Shown one piece after another: positions 1-9,646 of a stretch of DNA of 64,000 nt (positions within the stretch are counted from its first letter, which is position 1; each line of letters opens with the position of its first letter). The position numbers were made by a program, and so were the translations under genes. Source of the stretch: Longimicrobiales bacterium (GTDB lineage Bacteria; Gemmatimonadota; Gemmatimonadetes; Longimicrobiales; Gaopeijiaceae); contig OZ241892.1 of NCBI GenBank assembly GCA_965203485.1, positions 1,664,001-1,728,000 on the forward strand, given 5' to 3'. A model generated the notes under the pieces. The model saw only the letters and a program-made list of their open reading frames with translations, had not been told where the DNA came from and did not search any database.

Positions 1-3000
1 TGTAGAAGGACTCCGAATCCCCGGCCAAGCTCAGCCCGGAGTTCTCGCGGCCCTTGTCGGGGCTGGGGAAGACCACGAGGCGGCCGTCGTAGAACTCGGC
101 GTTGGAGACGGCGATCAGCGACTCGTGGCGGCTCCGGTAGTGCCAGCGGAGCATTCGCTGGGGCGCCTGCTGGGCGCAGAACATGCCCAGGACGCTCTCC
201 AGGTCGGAGGTGAGCGAATGGTCCGCGTCCTCGTCGTCCTCGTCGGCGATGCGGTCGAAGAAGGTGGTCGGAGGAAGCTGCTTGCTGTCGCCCACGACGA
301 CGGCTTGGCTTGCGCGCATGATCGCGCCCAGGGCGTCGACGGGCCGCACCTGGCTGGCCTCGTCGAAGATCACCAGGTCGAAGCGGACCGATCCCGGCGG
401 CACGAACTTGGCGATCGACAAGGGGCTCATCATGAATACCGGCTTGATCGCCTGAATCGCCGCGCCGGCCCGTTGCATGAGCTTGCGGACGGGCAAGTGG
501 CGGCGCTTCTTCTCGAACTCGCGCAGCAGGACGCCCATTTGACCTCCCGCGCCGTCCCGCGGCACGCCCTCCCAGTGCTTGAGCGCGACGCGGGCGCGGT
601 TGTGGGCGAACTGCTCCTCGTCCAGCCGGCGGAACCGGTCCACCACGTCCTGATGGGCCACGCCGTCGAACTCCGCGAGAACCGGCCGCTCCCGCCACGC
701 CGCCTCGATCCACACGGCGCAGCAACGGTTGCGGAAGAGCCGCGCGAGCTGTCGGCCGGCGTCCTCCCAGCCCGCGGCCGCCTCGGCCACCGCAACCAAT
801 CCGCCCTCCTCCATGCGCTTGGCGATGCGGTTGAAGCGAACGGTCCCCTGCAGAGCGTCCACGTCGGCGGCGGCCCGCGCCAGCCACGCCTCGGTCTCGG
901 CGAACGGTCGCGCGGCGGGCGGGCGCAACGGCGCGAAACGGGCTTCGTCCAGCTCCAGGACCGCGGCCAGGGCGTTCATCGCCTCGGCCCACTGCTCGGC
1001 CGACCGGCGGCAGGCGCTCGCCGCGGCGCTCAGGGCCTCCGCGTCCAGCGAATCGTCCAGCAGGGCGGGCGCCCGCGCGTGAACGGCGCCCGAGGCCACG
1101 TCCCCGTGCATCCGCAACAGCCATTCGGCCGTCTCGCCGATCCGCCGGCTGGCGTCGGCGTCCCATCCCGGGGCCGGCCCGTCGAACAGCCGCGCCAGCA
1201 GGGGCCGCGCCCGCTCGACGGCGTCCTTCAGGCGCTGGGCGATCAAGACGGCGTCGACGAGGATCAGGCTCGCCCGGTGGTCCTTCGGAGGCTCGTCCCT
1301 GCACAGTCCCCGCAACTCCTTGGCGGCCCTCCGCCAACCGGGCGAGAGGAATCTCAGCCAGGAACCGCCGCTGGACGCCAGTCCTTGGCGAAGCACCAGC
1401 ACGCCCGGCTGCTCCCACGCCTCCGGGATCAACGCCGAGTCGTGCTCGGTGCGAAGGCGAGCAAGTTCGAGCGCGTCGCTCGCCAGCGCTTCGATTTCGC
1501 CGACTCGCTCCGTCCACTCGGGCGCCCCGTGCCGGACGCCCGCCAAGTCCGGCGCTTCGGCAACGCGCGCCGCGGTCGCGAGGAGCGTCTCGGTAGCGCG
1601 TCGGCCGAGCCTCTCGGAGCCCGCGCCAAGCATTTCGCCGAGTCGCTCCGCGTCGGCCCTGTGGCGGCGAAGCGCCGCGGTCGCGGCATCCAGCGCCTCG
1701 GCGACGCGGCTCCTGTCGGCCGGCATGTAGCGCGACAACGCGCTGCCCCAGAACGGGAGCTTTCTCGGGACGCCCGTCGTCGCCACCAGACTCTCCAGCT
1801 CGCTCACGCCTTCGGCGCGCTGGTCGAACTCGTCCCGGCTCCACGAAGCCGCGCCCGGCAACTCCAGCGGCGGGGCGCCCGCCGGACCGTCGGGGCCGCC
1901 CGTCCTCGCCAACTCGCCGATCAGCTGCTGGGGCGTCAGCTTGGTGAGCCCGACGGGCGAGTTCACCGCCCGCGAGTACTCGTTGAGGCGGTCCCGGCTC
2001 CGCTCGAGCTGGACCGTCGCGTCCTCGGCGTCCGGCGGCTGCGGCCGTCCCAGGTGCAGCGTGCGCTCGAGTTCGGCCAGCACGGCGGCCTTGTTCGCGT
2101 TGTGGCTGTGCAGCTCCAGGCAGGCGTCGCCCGCGTGCGCGCCGTCGAGCCTGCGCTTGACCACCTCGAGCGCCGCCATCTTCTCCGCGACGAAGAGCAC
2201 CGTCTTGCCTCGCGCCACGCATTCGGCGACCAAATTCGTGATCGTCTGCGATTTCCCCGTCCCCGGCGGCCCCTGGACGACCAAGTTCCGCCCCGCCACC
2301 GCGTCCAGCACGGCCAGCGTTTGCGAGCTGTCCGAGTCCAGCACCTGGTGCATCTCTCCGGCCTCGGGCCGCTCGTCCAGCCAGGGGCCGCCGTCGTCCG
2401 GATCCGCGGCGCTCGGATCCCTCTCGAAGCCGTCGCCGTAGAGCGAGCGCACGACCGGGTGCTGATCGGGAGCCTCCTCGCCGGGCCAGGCGTCCACGTC
2501 CAAGTCCTTGTAGATCAGCAGCTTGCTGAAGGAAAAGAAGCCCAGGTGGACGGCCTGCCTGTCCACCTTCCAGCGCGGCAGACGCGACACGGCCTGCTCG
2601 ACCTGGTCGAAGTAGACGTCCACGTCCAGGTCCTCCGCGTCCTCCAAGTCGGGCAACGGCACCTGGAAGTCGCGCCGCATCTTGGCGTCCAGCGAGAGGT
2701 TGGCCTCGATCTCGTCCTCGTTCCAGCGTACCCGGAAACGTGCCCGCAAGCTGGCCCGGTCCAGTTCCACAGGCACCAGCACCAAGGGCGCTCGGCGCTC
2801 CGTCTCGCTCGAGTCGGATTCGTACCAGACCAGCATCCCCAGCGCCAGGTAGAGAATGTTGACGCCTTGCTCCTCGATCGACGAGCGCGCATGGCGCAAC
2901 GTGTTGCGCAACAGCATCTCCATGCGGTCCTCGACGTGCGCGGTCTGCAACTTGTTGTCCAGCTGGCGCTCGGCGGGATCTTCGGCGGCGGTCGGCTCGT

Positions 3001-3472
3001 GGCCAGTGGCGTCGTCTCCGCGCGGCCCGACCGGCGGCGGCGGGACGCCCCCCGTCTGGGACGGCGGACGTGCCGGGGAGTCGGCCACGGGGTCTCCGCG
3101 CCCGCTTCCGAGCCCTCCGAGCCCGTTCAGCGCGGGCTCGTCTCCGGCCGGCGGGAGCTGCCCGGCCCGCGTGGCCCCCTGCGGCTCGGGCGCACCCGGG
3201 CCGGCGGCCGGCTCGGTCTGGTCCGGCGCCGGCACGAAGTACATGCCGCTCTTCTTTTCGACGAGGCGGCGAAAGACTTCGCGGGGCGACTCGTCCACGA
3301 CCTGCACGCCCTTGGCCCGCAACGGACGAAATGACAGCAACGGGTTGCGCAACGTGATGTCGAGGAGGTCCCGGCGCGACGTCGACAGCAGGCCGGCGAT
3401 CGACGCGGGGCTCGCGCCGGCCGAGTCGTTCACCGGGGCTCCGCCGCTTCGCTGGGATCGTTCGTCGTTCAT
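1..3472 (-). CDS. DUF4011-domain superfamily I (Upf1/AAA_11-AAA_12-like) helicase, 3' end outside window (>1157 aa)
   Basis: Own translation from ATG at 3472 with no in-frame stop seen down to base 2. It has N-terminal RRDLLDITLRNPLLSF and EEQGVNILYLALGML (DUF4011-like), Walker A VQGPPGTGKSQT, LFVAEKMAALEVV, motif II IFDEASQ, VVGDSKQLPP and LRWHYRSRHESLI. Confidence 0.9.
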   Translation of the reverse strand, partial: MNDERSQRSGGAPVNDSAGASPASIAGLLSTSRRDLLDITLRNPLLSFRPLRAKGVQVVDESPREVFRRLVEKKSGMYFVPAPDQTEPAAGPGAPEPQGATRAGQLPPAGDEPALNGLGGLGSGRGDPVADSPARPPSQTGGVPPPPVGPRGDDATGHEPTAAEDPAERQLDNKLQTAHVEDRMEMLLRNTLRHARSSIEEQGVNILYLALGMLVWYESDSSETERRAPLVLVPVELDRASLRARFRVRWNEDEIEANLSLDAKMRRDFQVPLPDLEDAEDLDVDVYFDQVEQAVSRLPRWKVDRQAVHLGFFSFSKLLIYKDLDVDAWPGEEAPDQHPVVRSLYGDGFERDPSAADPDDGGPWLDERPEAGEMHQVLDSDSSQTLAVLDAVAGRNLVVQGPPGTGKSQTITNLVAECVARGKTVLFVAEKMAALEVVKRRLDGAHAGDACLELHSHNANKAAVLAELERTLHLGRPQPPDAEDATVQLERSRDRLNEYSRAVNSPVGLTKLTPQQLIGELARTGGPDGPAGAPPLELPGAASWSRDEFDQRAEGVSELESLVATTGVPRKLPFWGSALSRYMPADRSRVAEALDAATAALRRHRADAERLGEMLGAGSERLGRRATETLLATAARVAEAPDLAGVRHGAPEWTERVGEIEALASDALELARLRTEHDSALIPEAWEQPGVLVLRQGLASSGGSWLRFLSPGWRRAAKELRGLCRDEPPKDHRASLILVDAVLIAQRLKDAVERARPLLARLFDGPAPGWDADASRRIGETAEWLLRMHGDVASGAVHARAPALLDDSLDAEALSAAASACRRSAEQWAEAMNALAAVLELDEARFAPLRPPAARPFAETEAWLARAAADVDALQGTVRFNRIAKRMEEGGLVAVAEAAAGWEDAGRQLARLFRNRCCAVWIEAAWRERPVLAEFDGVAHQDVVDRFRRLDEEQFAHNRARVALKHWEGVPRDGAGGQMGVLLREFEKKRRHLPVRKLMQRAGAAIQAIKPVFMMSPLSIAKFVPPGSVRFDLVIFDEASQVRPVDALGAIMRASQAVVVGDSKQLPPTTFFDRIADEDDEDADHSLTSDLESVLGMFCAQQAPQRMLRWHYRSRHESLIAVSNAEFYDGRLVVFPSPDKGRENSGLSLAGDSESFY

Positions 3473-3635
3473 GGGGGACTTCCGCCGTACGCGCCGCCCG
3501 GCTCGCGAGCGGCCGTGATCACGGGCGCCGGGCGCCAGAACTCCCGCCTACGCGGCGCTCGGTTGGTCCTTGGCGCGGCTCCGCGCCGGCTTGGGCACGC
3601 AGGCCGCCGCTCTTCCGGGAGTCTGGGGCGCAAGG

Positions 3636-4913
3636 CTACGGTTCGCGTTGAATGTCCGCCCCCAAGGCCGCCAAGCGCTCGTCGATGCGCTCGTATCCGC
3701 GCTCGATCTGCCCAGCGTTGCGAATGACGCTCCGGCCGCGGGCGCACAGGGCGGCGATCACCATGGCCATGCCGGCGCGGATGTCGGGGCTCTCCAGGAC
3801 GGCCCCGCGCAACGGAGCCGGGCCCGTCACCACCACGCGGTGCGGGTCGCACAGGATTATGCGCGCGCCCATCCCCACCAGCTTGTCCGTGAAGAACATC
3901 CGCGATTCGAACATCTTCTCGTGAACCAGGACGGTGCCCTTGGCCTGCGTGGCGACGACGACCGCGATCGACGTGAGGTCGGCGGGAAAGGCCGGCCAAG
4001 GCCCGTCGTCGACCTTCGGGACGTGGCCGAAGGCGTCCATGCGGACTTCGGGCGCCTCGCGTCCGTCCGCGACGAGGGCGCGTCCTCGCACGCTGCACCG
4101 CACGCCCAAGCGAGCGAAGCCGATAAGCGTCGAGTCCAGGTGTTCGATGGGAGCGTCCTCGACGACGATCTTGCCGCGCGTGGCCGCGGCGAGGCCGATG
4201 AAGGAGCCGGTCTCGATGTGGTCGCGCCCGATCGTCACCTCGGCGGGCTGCAACGCATCGACGCCGCGAACGGTCAGCGTGGAGCCGCCGGTCCCCTCGA
4301 TCCTCGCGCCCATGGCGTTCAGCGCGTGGCACAGGTCCTGGACGTGCGGCTCGCACGCCGCGTTGCGGACCACGGTGCGCCCGTCGGCCAGCGCGGCCGC
4401 CATGACGGCGTTCTCCGTCGCGGTGACCGACGGCTCGTCCAGGAAGATGTTCGCGCCCGCGAGCCGCCCGGCCTTGATCTCCACGTCGGCAGGCGTGTGG
4501 ACGTCGGCCCCAAGCGCGCGGAAGGCGAGCAGATGCGTGTCGAGGCGGCGGCGGCCGATGACGTCGCCCCCCGGAGGCGGCAACGAGACCGAGCCGAATC
4601 TGGCCAGCAAGGGCCCCGCCAGCAGAACCGAGGCGCGGATCCGCTGCGACAGCCCCCGGTCCAGCTTGGACGGCTCCACGCCGGCGCCGTCGATCTCCAC
4701 TTCGTTGGCGCCGGTCCACTCGACGCCCGCGCCCAACGACTCGGCGATCTCGAGCAGCGTCAGCACGTCGCGGATGCGCGGCACGTTGCGAACCTTGGTT
4801 CGCTCCGGCGACATGAGCGTGGCGGCCAGAACCGGGAGCGCGGCGTTCTTGTTCCCCGCCGGAACGACGCTTCCGCCGAGGGGGCGCCCGCCCGAGATCA
4901 CAAGCGAAGGCAT
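3636..4913 (-). CDS. murA: UDP-N-acetylglucosamine 1-carboxyvinyltransferase
   Basis: GNKNAALP, RASVLLAGPLLAR, SVTATEN, FPADL and SPDIRAG motifs; ATG at 4913 gives 425 aa. Confidence 0.96.
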   Translation of the reverse strand: MPSLVISGGRPLGGSVVPAGNKNAALPVLAATLMSPERTKVRNVPRIRDVLTLLEIAESLGAGVEWTGANEVEIDGAGVEPSKLDRGLSQRIRASVLLAGPLLARFGSVSLPPPGGDVIGRRRLDTHLLAFRALGADVHTPADVEIKAGRLAGANIFLDEPSVTATENAVMAAALADGRTVVRNAACEPHVQDLCHALNAMGARIEGTGGSTLTVRGVDALQPAEVTIGRDHIETGSFIGLAAATRGKIVVEDAPIEHLDSTLIGFARLGVRCSVRGRALVADGREAPEVRMDAFGHVPKVDDGPWPAFPADLTSIAVVVATQAKGTVLVHEKMFESRMFFTDKLVGMGARIILCDPHRVVVTGPAPLRGAVLESPDIRAGMAMVIAALCARGRSVIRNAGQIERGYERIDERLAALGADIQREP

Positions 4914-5121
4914 GGCGGGCCTCGGGTTTGGTGGACGCGGCAAGAAGGAGCGCGACCAAGATAGTGCGGCGGGACGACGACGGCACGCCGGGCCGCCCTC
5001 CGTTCCCTGCAGGTCCGCCGGCCCCGGCCGCCCGGCCCGAGCGGCATCCGTGGAGGCGCGGGACGAGGGAACCGGCCCCGCGCGGTTTCGCGGCTCGCGG
5101 CGGCGGGCCATATTCCGAGCC

Positions 5122-5742
5122 ATGAGCCTCCATCCTTCGGCGTTCCAGGCGCTGGCGGGCGCGGCCAACGGCGGCGGCGCCTGGATCCCCTGGGCGAATC
5201 TGGGCATTTTGGCGGCGCTGGCCGCCATCCTGGGCGCCCTGATCCTCGTCTTGCTGGAAGTGCGCAGGTTGGCGAAGGAGTGGGGTGGCTTCCTGGAGAT
5301 TGCGCGCGACCGCACAGGCCCGCTGGTCGACCACGCGGCTAACGCGGTCCGCAACTTGGACCACGTGTGCAAGGCGGCCCGCAAGGGCGTCGACCGGATC
5401 GACGGGACTGCCAGCCGCCTGGCGGACGACGCGGACAAGGCCGCGGAGCACGTGCGGGGCCGGCTGGGCGAACTCAAGGCGCTGGCCGACTTGGCGCAGT
5501 CCGAGGCGGAGGACGCCGTGCTGGACGCCGCCGCCAAGCTGCGCCTGCTGCGGCGCGGAGCCGGACTGACCGGATTGTTGCAGAGAGTGGGGGCGCACGT
5601 TGCGCCGCCGGACAAGGCGGACGGCGAGGCCCCCGGCGAGCGTCCCCCCGCATCGCGACCATTGGACGGCACGCCGGACGCCGACGGCGACGACCCCTCC
5701 GATCAACATGAGAAGGGCGTGCCGCGCTCGGTTCAGACGTAG
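5122..5742 (+). CDS. Single-pass membrane protein with helical/coiled C-terminus (DUF948/YoxC-like)
   Basis: Hydrophobic helix LGILAALAAILGALILVLL followed by amphipathic helical sequence; fills the gap between murA and pcrA. Confidence 0.65.
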   Translation: MSLHPSAFQALAGAANGGGAWIPWANLGILAALAAILGALILVLLEVRRLAKEWGGFLEIARDRTGPLVDHAANAVRNLDHVCKAARKGVDRIDGTASRLADDADKAAEHVRGRLGELKALADLAQSEAEDAVLDAAAKLRLLRRGAGLTGLLQRVGAHVAPPDKADGEAPGERPPASRPLDGTPDADGDDPSDQHEKGVPRSVQT

Positions 5743-8096
5743 TCCTTCTGCAGTCCCGCGTAGCGCACCAGCAGCTTCTTGCGCCCCGCGTCTCCGAAGT
5801 CCACGACGACCTTGAGGTCCGCGCCGAAGCCGGACAGCTCGACGATCGTGCCCGAGCCGAACGTCTGGTGGACCACGGCTTCCCCCTTGGCGAACTGCGG
5901 ACGGTCCTGGTCGAAGCCTTCGTCGTCCCACTCTCCGGCGCCCAACCGTCCCGACGGCCGGTCCGCCATGCCGTCGTTGGCGGCCGGCCCGCCGTCCCGC
6001 CGCCACCGCCCGCGGCGCCCCGGCGCCGCCCAGGAAGCCGGCCGGGTCGCCGCCCACTCGACTTTGTCCAGGATCGGGTCCGCGAACGACGACAGTTCCC
6101 GCGACGAGTACTCGCCGAAGCGACGGCGACGGCGAGCGTACGTGAGGTACAGCCGGTCCTGCGCGCGCGTGACGCCGACGTAGCACAACCTGCGCTCTTC
6201 TTCGACGTGTTCCGATCCCTCCTCTCCGGCGCCCAGCGGCAGGAGCCCTTCTTCCAGGCCGCTCACGAACACGATGGGGAACTCGAGCCCCTTCGCCGTA
6301 TGCAACGTCATGAGCACGACCGCGTCCGCGCCCGCGTCGTGATTGTCGACGTCGGTGACCAGCGCCATCTGCTGAAGGAAGAGCTGCAACGGGGTCGGAT
6401 CGCGCGACGCGTCCTCGTCCATATCCTCCATGCCGCCTCCTTCGAGTTCATCGGTCACCCCCTCGTCGAACAACTCCGCGGCGGCGATGAACTCCTTGAG
6501 GTTGTCTATGCGGTCGCTTTCTTCCGGCGCCTCGTTGCGCAATAGCGAAATCAGTCCCAGTTCCTCGACCATCCGCTTCAGCAAGTCGCCGACCCCGATG
6601 TTCTCGGACAACGCGGCATAGTCGCGTATCAGCTTCGCGAAGCCACGCGCGCCGCGCACCGCCGCGGCCGCCAGTCCGGGGGCCTCGCGGGCGCTCTCGG
6701 CAGCTTCGAGCAAACTCATGGCCCGTTCGGTCGCGAACGACGACAACCGGTTCACGGACACTTGGCCCAGTCCGCGACGAGGGTAGTTCACCACGCGCTC
6801 GAAGGCGTTGTCGTCGCGGGGGTTCGCTACAAGGTTCAAGTACGCCAGCACGTCCTGAATTTCCCGGCGTTCGTAGAAGCGCAAGCCGCCCACGATCTGA
6901 TACGGCACGCCACGACGGCGCAAGCGGTCCTCCAGCGCCCGCGACTGCGCGTTCGTTCGGTACAAGACTGCAAAGTCGCCATGCCCGCGTGCGGGTTCGC
7001 TCAGCATGAGCCGCTCGATTTCCTCGACGATCCAGCGCGCCTCGTCCAATTCGTCTTCGGCGCCCGCGAGCGCGACCGGAGCGCCGCCTCGCCGTTGCGT
7101 TCGCATTGTCTTCGCCTTGCGCGTCTCGTTGCAGTCGATGACCGCATTGCCTATGTCCAAGATGGCCTGCGTGGACCGGTAGTTGCGCTCCAGCTTGACA
7201 ACGCCCGCGCCTTGAAACTCGGCCTCGAAGTCCAGGATGTTGCGAATGTCGGCGCCGCGCCAGCCATAGATGGCTTGATCGTCGTCGCCGACCACCATCA
7301 GGTTGCGGTGTCGAGAGGCAAGCAAGCTGAGAAACTTGAACTGAACAGCGTTCGTATCCTGAAACTCGTCGACCAGAACGAAGGCGAAGTGCTCGCCGTA
7401 TCGATTCCTGAGCGCTTCGTCCTTCTCGAGCAGCCGCACGGGCAACACCAGAAGGTCGTCGAAGTCGGTGGCGTCCTGGGCACGCAACGCTCTTTCGTAG
7501 GCCGGGTAGACGCGCGCGGCGGCGCCGACGTGCGGGTCCGCTTCCCCCGCTGTGCTCTCGGCGTACTGGGCCGGCGTCAGAAGCATGTTCTTGGCGGTGG
7601 AAATGAGCCAGCGAAGATTCTTCGGGGCATGCCGCTTGTGGTTCACGCCGACTCCGGCCGCCGCGCGCTTGATCTCGCGCAACGACTGTTCCGCATTGCG
7701 GATCGTGAACGCCGGAGTCAGCCCTGCCGCGGGCGCGTGGCGCCGCAGGAGGCGCGCCCCGATCTTGTGGAACGTCCCCATCCAAATGCCCTTTGGCGCC
7801 CCGCCGAGCATACGCGTCACGCGCTCGCGCATTTCCGCCGCCGCCTTGTTGGTGAACGTGACTGCGATGATGCGCTCGGGCGGCACTCCGTGGTCCAGGA
7901 TCAGCCGGCAGACGCGCGTGGTGAGGACGCGCGTCTTGCCCGACCCCGGGCCGGCCAGCACCAGGCACGGGCCCTCGAAGTGCTCGACGGCTTGCCGCTG
8001 CTCGGGGTTGAGACCGGCCAGGATGCCGTCCGTCCGCTCCAGCAGGGTCGGCGGCGCGTCGCTACGGGCGGTCACGGGCCGCTCCGCCCCGTCCAT
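5733..8096 (-). CDS. pcrA: UvrD/PcrA ATP-dependent DNA helicase
   Basis: LAGPGSGKT, VDEFQDTN, VGDDDQAIYGWRGA, NYRST, TLHTAKGLEF and EEERRLCYVGVTRA motifs, plus a C-terminal Tudor-like tail (HQTFGSG). Start uncertain (8075-8150). Confidence 0.94.
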   Translation of the reverse strand: MDGAERPVTARSDAPPTLLERTDGILAGLNPEQRQAVEHFEGPCLVLAGPGSGKTRVLTTRVCRLILDHGVPPERIIAVTFTNKAAAEMRERVTRMLGGAPKGIWMGTFHKIGARLLRRHAPAAGLTPAFTIRNAEQSLREIKRAAAGVGVNHKRHAPKNLRWLISTAKNMLLTPAQYAESTAGEADPHVGAAARVYPAYERALRAQDATDFDDLLVLPVRLLEKDEALRNRYGEHFAFVLVDEFQDTNAVQFKFLSLLASRHRNLMVVGDDDQAIYGWRGADIRNILDFEAEFQGAGVVKLERNYRSTQAILDIGNAVIDCNETRKAKTMRTQRRGGAPVALAGAEDELDEARWIVEEIERLMLSEPARGHGDFAVLYRTNAQSRALEDRLRRRGVPYQIVGGLRFYERREIQDVLAYLNLVANPRDDNAFERVVNYPRRGLGQVSVNRLSSFATERAMSLLEAAESAREAPGLAAAAVRGARGFAKLIRDYAALSENIGVGDLLKRMVEELGLISLLRNEAPEESDRIDNLKEFIAAAELFDEGVTDELEGGGMEDMDEDASRDPTPLQLFLQQMALVTDVDNHDAGADAVVLMTLHTAKGLEFPIVFVSGLEEGLLPLGAGEEGSEHVEEERRLCYVGVTRAQDRLYLTYARRRRRFGEYSSRELSSFADPILDKVEWAATRPASWAAPGRRGRWRRDGGPAANDGMADRPSGRLGAGEWDDEGFDQDRPQFAKGEAVVHQTFGSGTIVELSGFGADLKVVVDFGDAGRKKLLVRYAGLQKDYV

Positions 8097-8268
8097 GCTG
8101 GTTGCAGAGGGCCGCTGTCGCGCGACGCCATCCGTGCCCGCCCGAGCCAACCCCGCGCAGTCTTGGGCTGCTCCGTCCCGTCCATGCTGTCGGCACAGCG
8201 CCGCTCCGCTCGACCCTCTACGGCCGACGAAAGGCCGACGCGCGCGGTCGGTTCGGCGCTCGCCCAGC

Positions 8269-9552
8269 TCACGCCGTCTGCGCCTTCGGCAACCGGATCT
8301 GGAACGTCACGCCGCGATCGCCAACGTCCAGCAAGTTGATGCGGCCGCCGTGCACGCCCTCCACGATCCGCCGGGTCAGCGTGAGTCCCACGCCCCACCC
8401 GCCCGACTTGCTGGTCACGCCGGGCTCGAAGAGTCGGTCCCGGATCTCGGCGGCCACGCCCGGGCCGGTGTCGCGCACGCGGACCACCACCCACCGGCGG
8501 TCCTGGGCGCGGGCCGACACCGTGATGGCTCCGCCGGTCCCGGCCATCGCGTCGAGCGAATTCTTGACGACGTTCTCCAGCGCCCAGGTCAGCAGCACTT
8601 CGTGGCCCACGACGTCGGGGAGGTCGTCGGGAACGTCCACGTGGAGCGCCACCCCGGCCCCCAGCCTGGGGAGCCTGGCCTCGAGGTAGCCCCGCAACTC
8701 GGAGACCACGTCGCGCACCGAGACGCGGCCGAGTTCGGGGTGGCGTCCTATCAGCTCGAAGCGGCGGCTCACCCGTTCCAGACGGACGAAGTCTTCCTTG
8801 AGCGCCGACGCGATCTCGGTGCGCGGCATGAGCGCCGGACGGTCGCCGGGCTCCGGCGCAAGCACTTCGATCCACCCCTGCAACGAGCTGATCGGCGTGC
8901 CGAGCTGGTGGGCGAGTTCGCGCGCCATTGACGTCCAGGCCAGCTCGGACGCGGCGCGGCGCTGGAAGCGGAAGGCCGTCGCTGCGAGCAGGATGGCCAG
9001 GACGAGGCCGGTGGCCCAGAGGAAGGGCATCCACCGGAGCCGCGCCGCCTCCGGCGTCATTCCGTAGTGGATGAGCTGGCCGGCGGGGTCGCCGACGGGA
9101 ACGTTCCGGGCGTCCAGCTCGGCCGCGTAGCGAAGGATGCGGTCCTCCTCCTCCGCGGTCGGGGGATCGCCGACCGGGAACGGCAGGTTCGCCGAGGTCT
9201 GGTAGGCGCCGCCGGGCTCGGTGGTCACCACGAACGGAACGCCAAGCTCGAGGATCAGGCTCTGCAGCCTCTGCAACGCGGCGAGCTCGGCTCCGGACTC
9301 CGGGCTGGCCAGCCCGCGCTGAACCTCCGCGTAGACCCTCGTGAACGTCTCCTTGTCGGCTTCGCTCGAACGCACGATTTCGGCAGTGAACACCAAGTAC
9401 CACGCCAGCAACGCCACGAACAGGGCGCCCAGCGCCATCAGCAGCGTCCGGGAAGCGAGACGCTCTGCCCGCCCCCGGATCCGGCCCGGCCTGGCCGTTC
9501 GCGAGCCCGTCGAGACCGAGCCCGCGCCGGCGCCTGTCCCGGTCGGCGTCAT
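8269..9552 (-). CDS. Membrane sensor histidine kinase (no adjacent response regulator)
   Basis: Two TM helices; H-box MARELAHQLGTPISSL; N-box ENVVKNSLDA; DTGPG; GWGVGL. Confidence 0.9.
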   Translation of the reverse strand: MTPTGTGAGAGSVSTGSRTARPGRIRGRAERLASRTLLMALGALFVALLAWYLVFTAEIVRSSEADKETFTRVYAEVQRGLASPESGAELAALQRLQSLILELGVPFVVTTEPGGAYQTSANLPFPVGDPPTAEEEDRILRYAAELDARNVPVGDPAGQLIHYGMTPEAARLRWMPFLWATGLVLAILLAATAFRFQRRAASELAWTSMARELAHQLGTPISSLQGWIEVLAPEPGDRPALMPRTEIASALKEDFVRLERVSRRFELIGRHPELGRVSVRDVVSELRGYLEARLPRLGAGVALHVDVPDDLPDVVGHEVLLTWALENVVKNSLDAMAGTGGAITVSARAQDRRWVVVRVRDTGPGVAAEIRDRLFEPGVTSKSGGWGVGLTLTRRIVEGVHGGRINLLDVGDRGVTFQIRLPKAQTA

Positions 9553-9646
9553 CCCCGCGCCGCCCTGGGCGCCCGCCCGGCGGGGTCCGCGAAACGCCCG
9601 CCTGCTCCGCCAGTCGCCGCCGCCGCTCCCGCCCGCGAACCCCGGG

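Noticed and set aside
125..3334. 1069-aa plus-strand ORF
   Set aside because: Antisense shadow of the DUF4011 helicase; no motifs and Arg/Gly/Ala-biased.
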